A DNA stretch of 63,260 nucleotides, filler included. It is 8 parts of 8 records of this genome, joined end to end, with 100 filler letters (N's around TTAATTAATTAA, not from the genome) between each part and the next. Parts side by side here need not be neighbours in the genome. Positions count along the whole stretch, not along the records: positions 34,414 to 42,526 come from SRR2962707_3913; positions 42,627 to 48,170 come from SRR2962707_3917; positions 48,271 to 56,262 come from SRR2962707_3919; 5 more parts are not named here. One strand, 5' to 3'. The notes beneath the pieces were generated by a model that did no database searches, was not told the DNA's origin, and saw only the letters and a program-made list of their open reading frames with translations. The position numbers and the translations under genes are program-made. Of the stretch, positions 38,590 to 48,512 are shown piece by piece (the first letter of the stretch is position 1; each line of letters starts with the position of its first letter).

Positions 38590-38770
38590 GGGACACCTCT
38601 AACACGTGCACGAATCGATAATCACTATTGTGACGCCCGCTCAGAAAGAGTCCATTACATTTTTGTAGTGTGAAGTAACCGGAACGCGACAGGGAGTAAC
38701 CGAAACTATCATCAGGAAACAAAATGTAGCAACGTGACACCATTCACATTACTGACAGGTCGCTGCCCTG

Positions 38771-39370
38771 CTATTCGTCGTCACAAACCGAATCATCCAG
38801 TTCCGGCGGCCGGGCGTGAAGTGATCCACGGGGGGATTTGCGGCTATAGATAGTGTAAGGCACCGTTGAAGCCCGGATATAGTCGATGTTGTCGGCATCA
38901 TCGCCACTACCCCGAACGGTCTTGACCGGCTCACAGGACACCAGCAGATCCAGTGACGAACCAATATCGGTGACGCGTGCCGCCGGATCGTCCGCATTTA
39001 TCGTCATGCAGCGCTTGCCAGCTGCCGACGCGCCCGTGCGGGCAACACGGTCCAGCCCTTCGTTACCGCAGGCCCGGATACCCTCCCCGCAGGATTGGTT
39101 GGCGGCGTCTTCATGGCTGTCATCCACCAGACGCCATTCACGGGCGCTACATTGGGTTTCGACGGTAATGGGTGTGGACCGGTTATCCGCCACCCACCAG
39201 CCGGGGTATTCGGCAGTCTGCCACGTCAATTTTACCTGGCGATCTTCGCCAGCCGAATTCTCAGCGGGAAACACCGCGTAGTGGGTGTAATAGGATGCGC
39301 ACCCACTCAGGACAAATGGCAGAACGGCGACGATAAGCCGCATAGGGAAGAAAAATCTGTTGAATATCAT
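38771..39370 (-). CDS. Uncharacterised Cys-rich lipoprotein
   Basis: Lipobox LSGC and six further Cys in the mature part. Confidence 0.78.
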   Translation of the reverse strand: MIFNRFFFPMRLIVAVLPFVLSGCASYYTHYAVFPAENSAGEDRQVKLTWQTAEYPGWWVADNRSTPITVETQCSAREWRLVDDSHEDAANQSCGEGIRACGNEGLDRVARTGASAAGKRCMTINADDPAARVTDIGSSLDLLVSCEPVKTVRGSGDDADNIDYIRASTVPYTIYSRKSPRGSLHARPPELDDSVCDDE

Positions 39371-39385
39371 TCAGGTGAGCACCGT

Positions 39386-39658
39386 CTATTGATCCGCAAA
39401 CTGTAGACCAAAACCGTCGTTGGTCTTACGTACCACCACCATATCCAGCACGGGGGCGGGCACCGGAAGGCCCTGCACCTGGACCTGAACACTGTCACCG
39501 ATCGACGGTGCGAAAGGTTCGGTGTCGACGACTATAAAAACGCCGCCATCGGAAATGTCCCTGGTTGAGAACACGAATTCACCCAGTTCTTCATGGGTAA
39601 CCCGAACCTTCGCACTCATTGCTGTGCGACCGTGCACTCTTCGATCATTCCCAACCAT
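39386..39658 (-). CDS. Stand-alone PilZ domain protein
   Basis: RxxxR (RRVHGR) and DxSxxG (DISDGG) motifs, ending GFGLQF. Confidence 0.9.
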   Translation of the reverse strand: MVGNDRRVHGRTAMSAKVRVTHEELGEFVFSTRDISDGGVFIVVDTEPFAPSIGDSVQVQVQGLPVPAPVLDMVVVRKTNDGFGLQFADQ

Positions 39659-39743
39659 AGTCTGTATGCCCACCACTTTTTACATAGTTTTTATAGTCTT
39701 CCGAAGCATAACACCATTTCCGCGATAAGTTGGCAACGGTGTA

Positions 39744-39782
39744 TTGACACTCAGTGCAACACAAATGAGAATAGTTGGCATT
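39744..39782 (+). promoter_or_regulatory. Sigma70 promoter overlapped by a Fur box
   Basis: TTGACA (39744), 17-nt spacer, GAGAAT (39767). Fur-like AATGAGAATAGTTGGCATT at 39764-39782, upstream of an Fe3+-binding protein. Confidence 0.75.
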
Positions 39783-39855
39783 GTTAACTACCATTACGTC
39801 TCACTACACGTATAAAGATCACCCCTTACCCAAAACCAAAAAAGGAATACCTGCC

Positions 39856-40869
39856 ATGAAAATGAAACTTGCGGCGACCGCCATCGCAGCAGCCTGCGCG
39901 CTGCCCCTGCAGGCCAGCGCTGACGGCGAGGTCAACATCTACTCCTACCGCCAGGCTTACCTGCTGGAACCGCTGCTGAATGCGTTCCAGGAAGAAACCG
40001 GTATCGAAACCAACGTCGTCTTCGCCAAGAAAGGCCTGGCAGAGCGACTGGAGCGTGAAGGACGCAACAGCCCCGCGGACCTGGTGATGACGGTGGATAT
40101 CTCCCGCATCAACGAGCTGGTTGAGCGCGACCTCGTTGAAGGCATTGAAAACGAAACCCTGCAGAGCAACGTCCCGCAGAACCTTCGTCATCCTGACGGC
40201 AAGTGGTTCGCCCTCACCACCCGCGGCCGGCTGATCTATGCCTCAAAGGAACGTGTTGAAGAAGGCGAGATCACGACCTACGAGCAACTGGCGGATGAAA
40301 AGTGGGATGACCGCATCTGTACCCGCAGTGGCAAGCACCCTTACAACATTGCCCTGTTCTCCTCCATGATCGCCCACCATGGCGAAGAAGCCACTGAAGA
40401 GTGGCTGGAAGGCCTGAAAGACAACCTGGCACGCAAGCCCCAGGGCGGTGACCGTGACCAGATCAAGGCCATCCATGCCGGCGAGTGCGACATTGCCATC
40501 GGTAACAGCTATTACTACGGCAACATGCTGAACGACGAGAACCAGCGCGAGGCCGCCGAGTCCGTACGCCTGGTATTCCCCAACGCAGCTGGCCGTGGCA
40601 CTCACATCAACATCAGCGGTATCGCCCTGACCAAAAGTGCGCCCAACCGTGACAACGCCATCCGCCTGATGGAGTTCCTGTCAGAGCCCAAGGCACAGCA
40701 GATTTACGCCGAGGCCAACACCGAATACCCGGCCAACCCCGACGTAAAGCCCTCCGGCATGGTGGCCGAATGGGGTGAGATTAACCCGGACGACCTGTCT
40801 CTCCAGGAAATCGCGGAGAACCGCAGCGCAGCGGTGAAGATGGTTGATCGCGTCGATTACGACAACTAA
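39856..40869 (+). CDS. fbpA: Fe(3+) ABC transporter substrate-binding protein (FbpA/FutA)
   Basis: Signal peptide, VNIYSYRQ, RSGKHPYN, KPQGGDRDQI and IGNSYYYG (Tyr iron ligands). Confidence 0.92.
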   Translation: MKMKLAATAIAAACALPLQASADGEVNIYSYRQAYLLEPLLNAFQEETGIETNVVFAKKGLAERLEREGRNSPADLVMTVDISRINELVERDLVEGIENETLQSNVPQNLRHPDGKWFALTTRGRLIYASKERVEEGEITTYEQLADEKWDDRICTRSGKHPYNIALFSSMIAHHGEEATEEWLEGLKDNLARKPQGGDRDQIKAIHAGECDIAIGNSYYYGNMLNDENQREAAESVRLVFPNAAGRGTHINISGIALTKSAPNRDNAIRLMEFLSEPKAQQIYAEANTEYPANPDVKPSGMVAEWGEINPDDLSLQEIAENRSAAVKMVDRVDYDN

Positions 40870-40884
40870 ACCATCCTTGTATTG

Positions 40885-40915
40885 AAAAAGCCGGGACTCA
40901 GGTCCCGGCTTTTTT
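40885..40915 (+). terminator. Intrinsic terminator/attenuating hairpin between fbpA and fbpB
   Basis: AAAAAGCCGGGAC-TCAG-GTCCCGGCTTTTTT. Confidence 0.85.
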
Positions 40916-40957
40916 GTACAATCCGCACCCTATTCCCAATTCACCCAAAGGAAACCT

Positions 40958-42526
40958 ATGTCCGAGGCCATTGAACAGACCGGGGCGAGATACCCCCTGC
41001 TGGCAAAACGGACCTCGAAACGCTGGCTGATCACCGCCGCAGTGACCACCGCCATCGTGGCGCTTCCGGTACTGTCGGTGCTTATCCTGGCGCTGTTTCC
41101 GGAAGAGAATATCTGGCCTCACCTGCTGGACACCACGCTTCCCCGCTATCTGGTTACCACACTCCAACTCATGGCCGGCGTGGCTTTCATCACGCTGGTT
41201 ATCGGCCTCGCCAGCGCCTGGGCGGTCACCATGTGCGACTTCCCCGGTCGCAAGTTTTTTGAATGGGCCATGCTGCTACCCTTTGCGGTGCCTGCCTATG
41301 TCATCGCTTATGTCTATACCAGCCTTCTGGATTACGCCGGGCCGGTTCAGACCGCCATGCGGGACTGGTTTGGCTGGCACAACGCCGCCGACTACTGGTT
41401 CCCCGAAATCCGCAGCCTGGAAGGCGCCACCCTGATGATCGGCCTGGTGCTCTACCCTTATGTGTACCTGCTGGCACGGGCCGCGTTCCTGGAGCAATCC
41501 CCCTCCCTGTTTGCGGTCAGCCGTAGCCTGGGGCATTCCGCCATCAGCACCTTCTTCCGGGTGGTGCTGCCGATTGCCCGGCCTGCCGTAGCGGTTGGCC
41601 TGTCGCTGGTACTGATGGAAACCCTGAACGACTTCGGTACGGTGGATTTCTTTGCGGTACAAACCCTGACCGCCGGCCTGTTCGACACCTGGATGAACCT
41701 GGGGAATCTGGGAGGCGCCGCGCAGATTGCCACCACCATGCTGGCCTTCGTCGTTATCCTCGTTACCCTGGAGCGCTATTCCCGGCGCAAACAGCAACAG
41801 TTTGCGGCGCGGGACAACCGCGAGCCAATCCGCCGCTTCACCCTGTCACGCCCGCGCCAGTGGGTGTGCGTGGCCGTGTGCGCCGTACCAGTGATCTTCG
41901 GTTTCCTGCTGCCGGCCGCCACCCTTGGTCACTATGCCTGGGAGTACTTCGACGAAAGCTGGAACCCGGACTTCGTCCGCAATACGCTCAACAGCCTGTT
42001 TCTCTCGGGAACCGCCGCGCTGACCACGCTGATCATTGGCGTCACCCTCGCCTACAGCCGCCGCCTGCACAACACCCGGGGCATGCGCGTGATGATGCGG
42101 CTGTCCAGTCTGGGCTACGCCATGCCCGGGGCCGTGCTCGCAGTGGGTGTGATTGTGCCGCTGGCCGGTTTTGACAACTGGGTGGATGGCATCCTGAGGG
42201 ACAACTTCGGGGTCAGCAGTGGGCTGCTGCTTAGTGGTACCGCCTTTGCGCTGGTGTTCGCCTATACCGTTCGCTTCCTGGCAGTCTCCGCAGGCAGCGT
42301 GGAAAGTGCCCTGCAGAAAATCACGCCCAGTATGGACATGGCCTCCCGGTCCCTGGGCCATACACCGGGCAACACACTGCTGAAGGTTCACCTGCCGATG
42401 TTGCGGGGCACCCTGATTACAGCGGCGTTGGTGGTGTTCGTGGACTGTATGAAAGAACTGCCGGCGACGTTAATCCTGCGGCCCTTTAATTTTGAAACCC
42501 TGGCCACCTACGTGTACCAGTTTGCC
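40958..42526 (+). CDS. fbpB: Fe(3+) ABC transporter permease, 3'-truncated
   Basis: Two permease repeats with LYPYVYLLARAAF, METLNDFGTV and MKELPATLILRPFNFETLA. Confidence 0.92.
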
Positions 42527-42626
42527 NNNNNNNNNNNNNNNNNNNNNNNNNNNNNNNNNNNNNNNNNNNNTTAATTAATTAANNNNNNNNNNNNNNNNNN
42601 NNNNNNNNNNNNNNNNNNNNNNNNNN
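42527..42626. other. Artificial contig spacer
   Basis: N-TTAATTAATTAA-N. Confidence 0.99.
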
Positions 42627-42650
42627 GTGTGTGTGTGTGTGTGTGTGTGA
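42627..42650. repeat. (GT)n microsatellite at contig edge
   Basis: gtgtgtgtgtgtgtgtgtgtgtga. Confidence 0.9.
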
Positions 42651-43085
42651 GTGAGGCGGGAGAGACAGAGAGAGTCAGGCAGGCTGGAGATCGAGCGGGT
42701 AGAGAGTCCGGAGAGGATGTGGAGAGAATTGTAGAGGGAGGGAGGGCGAGCGAGTGAGGGAGAGTGTTGAGAGAGAGGGACAACGAGAGACGAGTGAACG
42801 AGCGGCAAGCAGAGGGACAGGCCTTGGACAGAGAGTTTGCGCGCTGCACTTGTTTTGTGTTTATTTTTTATTCAACCAGCTGGCTGATTCTGTCTCCTTG
42901 AAAAAGTGGAAGGCTGGTTGGGTGGTGGCGAAGTGCTTGGGGCTTTCCCCGTTCTCTTTTGGTTTCTTTTTCTTTGTTGTCTTTTTTTTGGTCTTCTACT
43001 TAGTCTTCTCTTATCGCTTGTCAGATCCGTTCTTTTTTTGTTCTTTTTTTAACGATTGTCGCTGCGGTAATCTCCTTCCTTGACC

Positions 43086-44738
43086 ATGGAGTGCCCTTTC
43101 TGCAAAGGGCCAGTGGAGGACGAAAACTGCGACAATTGCGGGAGCCTCGAAGGTTTCACAGCTGATGACACCCGCTCAGTGGAGCAAAAGCCTTCGAAAA
43201 TGATTCAAATGTCATCGGACTGGACGGACAGCTACGCCACCCAAGGAACAGTTTTTGGAGCGGCTCGGGACGCCGGAGCGGAAACAGCCGCCAACACCGC
43301 TCAACCGGCGTTCGGAGCTCAAGAAACGGACGATGTTGATGACGACGACCAGAAGGAAATATTCGAAAGTTCGTGCGTCGACAACGCACTGAAAATTGTT
43401 GATATTAATGTCAACGGACACATTTACCACATTTCGCAAGTGATGGAACCCGACGATCTGGCGCCGATATTCTCTGACGTTTGGACGGGGAGCCAGGTTT
43501 GGCGGTGCAGCGTTGTGTCGTCCCAATTTATGAGCGACTTTTACTCCGGCAAAGTGAGCTTGCGTCCGTGGACATCTGGCGAATCAAAAGAAGCATGTAG
43601 TGTACCACAGGCGGCATCGCCGTCGACAATCGAAAACATTAATGGCGAAGTCAAGGGTAATAGAAGTGCCACCAGTGGCAGTAGCGCTGAAAAAAGTCGC
43701 GATACAAAAGTGGCCGTGGACGGCGTGGACGCTGAAGTCCTTTCCAAGTTGAGATGCATTGAGTTGGGTTCAGGTTGTGGCCTGTTGGCGATTCACGCTG
43801 CAAGGCTGGGCATGGGGCAAGTTGTGGCAACTGATCAAACAGCTATGGTGAGGCTGGCGAGGCACAACATCAAGGCTCGTTCTTCGTCTAATTCTGTTGG
43901 TCGGGTTTTGACCTGATTGTTGCCGCCCTGATCTTGAACGGCGATTTTTTTGGAACTTGCACAGGAAAATTTGCAAGCACCAACCATTCGAGCTTGTGCG
44001 GCAGAAGAATTGTTTTGGGGAGATGCAGACCAAGCAAAGAATTTGCTCCAAGCGTAAGTGAGATGGTCTATTGTCGGGTTCAGCAGCTCAATCATGTGGT
44101 GTGAATGAGTTGCTGAAGCATCCGGCTTTGTGATATGACTGACACGCTCGTTGGCGTTTCGTTTGGCACCCCGTGCAGGTATGGCCCTTTTGACGTCGTG
44201 TGGGTATCAGACTGCCTAAACCCAATTTACGGAGTAGATAGTTACGAAAAGCTTGCCCGCTCTGTGTTGCACTTGGCTGGACCAAACACGTGCGTATTCC
44301 TGGAAGTGAATTGAAGCAGCAACTATGCACTGGCACTTCTTGCTTTGATGTCTGCGCTCACCATGTGTCGTTGTGTTCATTGACTCAACGTTTATTTGTT
44401 CATTTCTGTTTCCAGGCTATGTTTGATCGCATACGAATGTCGTGGAAATACAGACGCTGATGTGGATCCGTTGCAGATATTTTTCACCCACCTTCGTGCC
44501 CGTAAAATGGTGCGTCTGGTCTGGACCCGATCGCCAGCGCCAAGCTGACATGGATTGCCGATGTACCCACGTTGATCTTTGTGCATGCATGTGCTGTGTG
44601 CTTTGTTGGTGAACGCAGTCTATTGCTTTTGAGGACACTGAGTCTCCAATAACAATTTATGCATGTCTCGTGGGTGACGCAACATCAGGAAGTGGCGGTG
44701 CAGCTACCGATGCACCAACAAAGCTTGAGTCGGTGTAA
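43086..44738 (+). CDS. Eukaryotic METTL21/Methyltransf_16-type protein methyltransferase with N-terminal Zn ribbon, multi-exon
   Basis: CPFC…CDNC, WTGSQVW, motif I CIELGSGCGL and VVATDQ. Spliced downstream exons give ELFWGD, FDVVWVSDCLNPIY and LIAYECR. Stop TAA at 44736-44738 is inferred. Confidence 0.8.
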
Positions 44739-44836
44739 CACGTCCCTTGCGTTGGCTTGTCAACTTGATCGACGAGCCCAAAACTGCCTTGTGAGTGTCG
44801 TCAGACCTAATTATTATAATCACGTGGGTGCCAGCA

Positions 44837-47800
44837 TCACCGGTTGTTGTTCTTGGTTGACTTCTTCTTCAAGTGCTTTTTCATTTTCTTCTTTCGCGCC
44901 TCTTGCTGCTGTGCCTTGACCAACTTCTTATGCTCGCGCCTGTCTTCCTTGCTTGCGCGCTTTTTCGTAAAAACTTCACCTTGACCCTTAACGAAACGTC
45001 GGGAACGCCCTCGACCGCCTCCGTCGTACCCTTCGTCGTCACTCCACCTGCTGCGCTCTTCCTCGCTCTCCTCGGCATCGTTGCTCCCCTCATTGCCCGC
45101 GCTGCCGTCACCAGCATCTTCATCGTCTTCGCTGCGAGCTTCCTCTCGCGATTCATTTTGCAAGGAAGTAACAGCCACCCGATTCTCCCACTTTTGCAAC
45201 TTGGCCATGATCTCTGCGAGGCGAAGCTCCTCCTCGGACACAGTCGATTCTGCAGCTGGCGCTTGCTCAACTTGTTCTTCTTGCTGCTGCTCTTCCTGTT
45301 GTTCGTCAATGTGCTCTTCTGTTTCTGTGTGGCCATGCAGCTTGGATACAGCAGCTTGGAATGCGCCTTCGTCGCCACCATTCCTAAGTCGACGCTGCAG
45401 CTCCTCCTCGTCGCCAAGCTCAGCCAGTGAGCGGGGGATTGCCGTTTGCATAAACACATCGTGAGCGACTGCCTCCTCTGCGACTGCACTCTCAGATTTC
45501 ACCGCACCTTCGCCTCTCGCTCTTGCATCAGCTTGCTCGATTAAGTCGTCAAGTGCAGCATCAGCAGTGGCTTGGTCTAAAAATGTGTCATCGGTAATGA
45601 AGTAAAACAGATCCTCCACAGGCACAGTCGCAAGGTCATAGCGTCGGCGCCAAAAGTCTGTCATGTTTTTGCAATCCATTCTCAAGAAATCAAGCGCCAT
45701 GGGGTGATTACTCTCAACACTTTGAGACACGTCGATGATATAGAGATTTTTCTTGTACACGAGGATGTTGTACTCCGACAGATCAGCATGCACTAGGTTA
45801 CACTCGTGAAACCTGCACCGACAACCGATTGCACCAAAATGAGACAGGATTGGGGGTGTGGAAGAACGAACCAATCGACGTGGCAAAACAATCACGCCCA
45901 GGGTCACGAACATGCGGCGCATCATCTGCATGGATTGACGATGGCATTTGCGCACAGACTTTTCCGACAAGTCAGCATCTTTCAGCCGAGGAGCAGGCCT
46001 AAACCACAAGCATGCAAAAACAAATCCGTCACATCGGCTCTACTGCATGCCGAAGCCCCTACACTGCTACGACAAGCAAATTTGACACGTGTCTGACACA
46101 CGAGTTCACGATGTTGTGCGCACCATCCATTCTTGCCAATAAACTCCATCAACAAAATGTGAGCACGGAGGAACAACACACGTGGGCATCTAATGCCAGC
46201 GGCTTCCAGTCGTCGCAAATTGCGCATTTCTTTTTCGGCCCACATCTACATGCACGCACACTCCAATCATTGAAACGCAGCCACAACCAGTGGCGCGCCA
46301 CCAACAGCACGTACGCTTTCCAACCGTGAACATACCTTGACCATCTTCCGGGGGTTCTTTTTACAATATCCGTTGCGGTAGCGATGCTCTCCTGTTACAT
46401 ACTTATCACGGTCTTTAAAAACGAGGATGGCGGTTTTGAAAACCTTAACTGCCACCTCTGTTTGAGTCGTCGATTGTGTAAGACCGTTTTGCGAATCTGT
46501 TTCCCCTGCGTCCGCATCCCAGTCCTTGGACGAGAAGGCGTGATACACATTGGCTTCCTTGCCCGTCGAAATGCAACCGTGAAACGAATCCAGAGTTCGG
46601 TTTGACACCAAGCGAAAAATCATCATCTTGGTGCGGGGGTCCATGACTTGCTCGTTCGTGGCCCTATCATCGCGACCAGTATGCCGATTGCGGTTTTTCG
46701 CATGCTGGGCAGAAGCCCTCTTCAAGCCACCAGCCACATTCTGACTAACACGAGTTGCTCCACCCATGCGATCGCCACTTATTGTGGTGTCGAAGTTTGT
46801 TTGACGTTGCTGTTGTTGCTGGTGGTGCGTCTTGTCCGTTTGATGCTTTCCTGCGTGATGCTGTTTCTGTTTCGTTGACACCGTCTGCTGCGTTGGCATT
46901 GCTTCGGAATTGGAGTTCAAGGCGTTGCCGGCCCCACGTGCAGCATCGGCACTAGCGTAGGCACTACCGTCATCGCCATGGTCCGTGCCAATGGAATCGC
47001 CCTCATCCATCTGCACCAAATGCTCATAGAACAACTCGTCCTCGTCGTTGTCACTGGTCGCAGTGACCTCTGGCTTTGTTTCGGCTGCCGCGTCCGCAAG
47101 CACATTGGAATCGGCCTGCTCGTCGAGGTTGATGAGACGGTCAGCTTGCTTCTGAAGGGGATCATCCTCAGGTAGCAGCGGTTCAACCAGGGATTCACTC
47201 ACAGCAACCACATCACCAACACCACTTTGCCCATCAGCGACGTCATACTGGACGTGAATTTCGGCACGATCAACATCAATGGCAACGACAGTGCCGGTGT
47301 GATCCGTCTCCTCCGCATCGGGAGACGAAAACACGGCAACGCGGTCACCAACTTCAATTTCATCATCTTCATCAAGGTCGTCACTCCCATCATCTTCATC
47401 ACCACTGTCTTCGTTACCATCGGCTGCTTCGTCGCCTCTTCCAATCTCCTCGTCTTCTTTCTGCCGTTGTGTTGGGTTGGCTGTTGCGCCGCTGCCACCA
47501 CCACCGGCTTTTCTCAACGCGGCAGCGAAACTCACGCCCTCCTTCAGTTTGTTGGACGTGGCCACGGCTGCGTTGTGAGCAGCCTCCGACTGCCCAGAAA
47601 GCGGATCAAGGCCGCTTCCTGCTGCCATTTTGAAGCGCTCATGAGAAGGGTCCGCGGCTGCAGCGCGTGCTTCCCGATCTGTAGAGAAGATTTTCTCCAA
47701 CACAGCCGCGACCTCCACCGTGGTACCGTCTTCCACGACCGTGTTGTAGTCCTCCGCGAGCACTAGCGAGAGAAAGTCTTCAAGTTCGAAACTGGTGAGG

Positions 47801-47988
47801 CCTGCCTTACGCTGCTTGATTCGCTCCGCGTGGTTGTACTCGAGGTCTTCCGCAAGTTCGCGGACTTTCTCGCCGAAGTCATTGCGGCTGAACTGGTGCT
47901 CGACTGCTAGCTGGAACGCCTGCCAGCCCTCGATCACATCTTCGAGCCTGCTCAACAGCTTCGCTGTACGAGGAGACACAGCGGACAT
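44837..47988 (-). CDS. RIO1: RIO1 kinase with N-terminal TSR2 and Tudor-like domains, multi-exon
   Basis: Exon 1 (47988-46336) has the TSR2-like domain, then [27 protein letters not shown] and [11 protein letters not shown]. Later exons give [27 protein letters not shown] and a Lys-rich RIO1 tail. GT-AG introns at 46335-46246, 46123-45999 and about 45915-45813. Confidence 0.92.
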
Positions 47989-48135
47989 TCTGAACGAAAA
48001 CAACAAAAAATAAAAAATAAAAACAAAAATGAAGCAAACAAAGCGCCTCGTAACACACGTACGTGCACACACGCAGACCCAACGTGAGGTTTGTGAGATC
48101 CCAAAAGCTGTCCTTGAACAGAGACGGGCACAGTT

Positions 48136-48170
48136 GCAGACACAGACACAGACACGGACACAGACACAGA
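48136..48170. repeat. (CAGACA)n microsatellite at contig edge
   Basis: gcagacacagacacagacacggacacagacacaga. Confidence 0.85.
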
Positions 48171-48270
48171 NNNNNNNNNNNNNNNNNNNNNNNNNNNNNN
48201 NNNNNNNNNNNNNNTTAATTAATTAANNNNNNNNNNNNNNNNNNNNNNNNNNNNNNNNNNNNNNNNNNNN
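48171..48270. other. Artificial contig spacer
   Basis: N-TTAATTAATTAA-N. Confidence 0.99.
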
Positions 48271-48300
48271 CGTCGTCGTCGTCGTCGTTGTTGTTGTTGA
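48271..48300. repeat. (CGT)n(TGT)n microsatellite at contig edge
   Basis: cgtcgtcgtcgtcgtcgttgttgttgttga. Confidence 0.85.
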
Positions 48301-48512
48301 TGTTCGTGGTGGTTGAGGCTCGATTTTTGTTTCCTCGAGTTTGTTATTTTTGCTGCTGTCTGTAAGGAAGCGAGGATACCAACTCTCTTCCTCTCTCTGT
48401 CTCTGTCTCTGTCTCTCCGTCTCTGCCTCTGTCCTGGGAAATCTCCGCGTTCTGTCTTCTTTCCCGCTTCTTGTGTTGCTTCGGCAGTTGGGTCGGGCCA
48501 CTGACGTTCAGC

